Source of the DNA: Octopus vulgaris
Taxonomy: Eukaryota
Assembly: GCA_951406725.2 (NCBI GenBank)
Contig: OX597833.1
Coordinates: forward strand, 70,866,001-70,930,000
Reading direction: 5' to 3'
Length of the DNA stretch: 64,000 bases
The number at the start of each line of letters is the position of its first letter. Positions within the stretch are counted from its first letter, which is position 1. Made by a program: the position numbers and the translations under genes. Shown here piece after piece: positions 60,251 to 64,000 of the stretch. The notes below the pieces were generated by a model, which saw only the letters and a program-made list of their open reading frames with translations, was not told the origin of the DNA and made no database searches.

Positions 60251-61107
60251 TATATCCTGAGTCCAACCCCCCACCCCCACCCATACCAAATTTTCTGAAG
60301 ATTCATTGAAATAACTATGCACCAGGCTTGTATTGGTGTGAGTTCTTCAAAATTCTCTGCTCTTATTAAGTCATATCGGATGTCATTGAAGACGAGATGC
60401 GGATCGGAGACATTTGCATTCTGGTTCCTATTCGCAGCTGGGACTACTTGACAACATTTTGGATGCCAGTTGTTCCTGGAACACACTCCAAATGTCACGT
60501 GTTCCTCCTATTAAAGCTTCTCTCAAAATTTCACCGTTTTGCATTGAATTTAAAAGACGTGTGGTTAAGAAGGTTGCTTTGCAACTGAATGGCCCTAGGT
60601 TCTATCTCACCAGAAGCAACATATCAAACTCTGACAGGACACTTCTGGGGTTCTGACAGGACACCTGTAGAATTCTGATTAACCACTGTAGTAATCAGTG
60701 TCAAACTAATGCAGAATTAGATTCCTAATTACTAACAGCTAATTAGTCCATTTAGCGCATCTCAGCTTTAGCTTTAGCTCCTCTTGCACTCTTCAGCACT
60801 CTTCTACTATTGCCTCGGACTGACCGACAGATACTGCATTGAAGGCCAGTCATGTGTGTGTGTCTGTCGGTGGTGGGGGTGGGGTTGGGGTGCTATTACT
60901 CTTTTACTCTTTTAGTTGTTTCGGTCATTTGACTGCGGCCATGCTGGAGCACCGCCTTTAGTCGAGCAAATCGACCCCAAGACTTATTTTTTTGTAAGCC
61001 CAGTACTCATTCTATCGGTCTCTTTTACTGAACCGCTAAGTGATGGGGACATAAACACACCAGCATCGGTTGTCAAGCAATGCTAGGGGGACAACACACA
61101 GACACAA

Positions 61108-61142
<35 letters not shown>

Positions 61143-61579
61143 CATATATACGACAGGCTTCTTTCAGTTTCCGTCTACCAAATCCACTCACAAGGCATTG
61201 GTCGGCCCGAGGCTATAGCAGAAGACACTTGCCCAAGGTGCCAAGCAGTGGGACTGAACCCAGAACCATGTGGCTGGTTAGCAAGCTACTTACCACACAG
61301 CCACTCCTGCGCCTATTGCCAATAAAGAATTAGTAATTTGGTGATGGAGGTTGGATCCCTTTTTCTTGGGAGCCTGGAATCAGCCTTGTTGCTTCGTGGC
61401 AAGGAATCGATAGCAACAATTAGCAAAGTTACCTTGAGTAGAAGAAGACGAAGAAAAAGAAAATAAAAGGAAGGAAGAAAGAAAAGATGGAGATGGGGGA
61501 GGATGAGGAAGCTGAACATTCCAAAGAAAAATGCATTAAGGAACCATTTTATTCCTTTTAATTTTTTTTTATTGTGGCC

Positions 61580-61850
61580 CTACCACCACCATCACCTCCA
61601 ACCACCATCACCACCACCACCACTACCACCACCATCACCTCCAACCACCACTACCACCACCATCACCTCCAACCACCACCACCACCATCACAACTACCAC
61701 CACCATCACCTCCAACCACTACCATCACCTCCAACCACCACCTCCAACCACCACTACTATCACCATCACCTCCAACCACCACCACCACTACCACCACCAC
61801 CACCACTACCACCTCCAACCACCACCACTACCACCACCACCACCACACCT
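61580..61850. repeat. (CCA)n-based trinucleotide minisatellite
   Basis: accaccaccatcacctcca units; produces poly-P/T/H ORFs in all frames. Confidence 0.9.
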
Positions 61851-62565
61851 TCAGGACTCACCAGTTTAGTTGTTTCTGTATTATTATTATTATTATTATT
61901 ATTTCATCTCTAAACTTTTCTTGCCATAATTTTCCCCTCCATTAATCACCACTTATTTTTTTTTATATATTTTTTCTTTTCTTTTACTATTTGTCTGTGT
62001 TCTTTTTCTTTTTTTTATTCCTCCTTTTTATTTCATTGTCATTTAAACACACTTCCTTATCACTTTCCATAGCTTCAAAGGAAATAAATACCACACACAC
62101 ACACACACACACACACACCTTAGCTGCTTCTCAAGATAATATTTAATATCCTATATTTTAAAGTATTTCTAAGGAGAGCAAGGGGGGGAGCACTTTCCCA
62201 TTATCTTCCTCTAAACCACCACCTCCTGTCTTCTCTTCCTTTATCCCTCTGCATTTCCCTTCTTCCCTTCCACACTCTCTGTCTCTCTCTCTAACCACCC
62301 CCAGGAACCCCCTCCCTCTCTCACCTGTCTCTCTCTCTCTCCGTCTCTTTCTTCCTCTCTTTGCATTCTCCACATAGCTGAGAGAAATAGCAGGCTTCCT
62401 GCTAACACATTTATTTGTTCTAGTTATCATCACAAACCAATTCTCAAAGGAGATTTCTGCACACATTCTGTCATTAGCACCAGCCATTCAATTTATTGCA
62501 TTAGCCTCTCCCATACATTAAACCTCTTTTGATTCTCCTAAAAACCCTGACTAACCTTCCCCCTC

Positions 62566-62610
<45 letters not shown>

Positions 62611-62910
62611 TTCTCTCTAATGGTGCCAATGTATTTCATATTTTGTCTTAGAGACAAATAATGAGAATACAAAAACACAACAGCTGTGCATGTGTATCCA
62701 TATCATCATCATCGTCATCGTCATCGTCATCATCTAACGTCCTCCTTCTATGCTAGCATGGGTTGGATGGTTTGACTGAGAACTGGTGAACCAGGAGGCT
62801 GCACCAGGCTCCAATCTGATCTGACAGAGTTTCTACAGCTGGATGCTCTTCCTAATGTCAACCACTCCGAGATTGTGTAGTGGGTGCTTTTTACGTGCCA
62901 CCAACACAGG

Positions 62911-63578
62911 GGCCAGTCAGGTGGTTCTGGCAACGACCAAGCTCAAGAAGTGTTTTTTTACGTGCTACCTGCACAGGGGCCAGTCAGGTGGTTCTGGCAA
63001 CGACCAAGCTCAAAAGGTGTTTTTTTATGTGCTACCTGCACAAGGCCCAGTCAGGTGGTTCTGGCAACGACCAAGCTCAAAAGGTGTTTTTTTACGTGCT
63101 ACCTGCACAGGGGCCAGTCAGGTGGTTCTGGCAACGACCAAGCTCAAAGGTGTTTTTTATGTGCTACCTGCACAAGGCCCAGTCAGGTGGTTCTGGCAAC
63201 GACCAAGCTCAAAAGGTGTTTTTTTACGTGCTACCTGCACAGGGGCCAGTCAGGTGGTTCTGGCAACGACCAAGCTCAAAAGGTGTTTTTTTACATGCTA
63301 CCTGCACAGGGGCCAGTCAGGTGGTTCTGGCAACGACCAAGCTCAAAAGGTGTTTTTTTACGTGCTACCTGCACAGGGGCCAGTCAGGTGGTTCTGGCAA
63401 CGACCAAGCTCAAAAGGTGTTTTTTTACGTGCTACCTGCACAGGGGCCAGTCAGGTGGTTCTGGCAACGACCAAGCTCAAAAGGTGTTTTTTTACGTGCT
63501 ACCTGCACAGGGGCCAGTCAGGTGGTTCTGGCAACGACCAAGCTCAAAAGGTGTTTTTTTACGTGCTACCTGCACGGG
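62911..63578 (-). repeat. Tandem array of 10 x 67 bp inside a minus-strand RTE 3' UTR (62700-63600)
   Basis: Unit starts at 62911, 62978, 63045, 63112, 63177, 63244, 63311, 63378, 63445, 63512; near identical (one 65-bp unit). Confidence 0.95.
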
Positions 63579-64000
63579 AGCCAGTCCAGTGGCACTGGCA
63601 ATGAGTGGATTTAGTTGATGGACAGAAAAGTAACTTCATTTTGTGTGCGTTCTTGCCTTGACTTCCTATGACAGTTGTAAACAAGTGTCACCATCATGCA
63701 AGCAGTGTCTCTTGTCTTCCATGAAAACATGTCTGGTTATGGAGAAGTATTGCCTTGCTCAGCAAACATTTCTCTTTCTCTTTTACTTGTTTCAGTCATT
63801 TGACTGCGGCCATGCTGGAGCACCGCCTTTAGTCGAGCAAATCGACCCTGGGACTTATTCTTTGTAAGCCCAGTACTTATTCTATCGGTCTCTTTTGCCG
63901 AACCGCTAAGTGACGGGGACGTAAACACACCAGCATCGGTTGTCAAGCAATGCTAGGGAGACAAACACAGACACGCACATACATATATACATATATACGA

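Noticed and set aside
59588-60799. LTR retrotransposon or TRIM bounded by 183-bp direct repeats
   Set aside because: No TG...CA ends, PBS, PPT or TSD seen; the interior is LINE-like and the second repeat interrupts a SINE.
62843-63618. CRISPR-like array or 244-253 aa repeat proteins
   Set aside because: Units are identical along their length with no unique spacers; no cas genes; eukaryotic context. The ORFs result from a stop-free 67-bp unit.

Overview
Eukaryotic, AT-rich, repeat-dense DNA with spliceosomal introns. The SINE/LINE/microsatellite make-up points to a coleoid cephalopod, most likely Octopus (inference). One complete protein-coding gene is present: a 13-coding-exon ZFAT orthologue on the + strand (4671-23933, about 1307 aa by manual splicing; AT-hook, 2 C2HC and 17 C2H2 fingers), with a candidate extra 54-nt cassette exon. 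A possible first exon of a second gene sits near 43 kb, downstream of a CpG-richer zone. The rest is interspersed repeats: tRNA-derived CORE-like and Meta-domain SINEs, RTE-type LINE fragments and many truncated 3' UTRs, a CR1 3' end, Penelope remnants, mariner/hAT/piggyBac-type MITEs and microsatellites. The most interesting signals are (i) three different hammerhead-ribozyme motifs in fold-back, Penelope-type elements, one with a G3-C8 swapped core; (ii) a tandemly repeated H-type pseudoknot module in the RTE 3' UTR, expanded to 10 x 67 bp near 63 kb; (iii) a bipartite 5'+3' LINE derivative with an in-frame mini-ORF; and (iv) two local templated insertions. All calls were made by eye with no database searches, and repeat boundaries are approximate.
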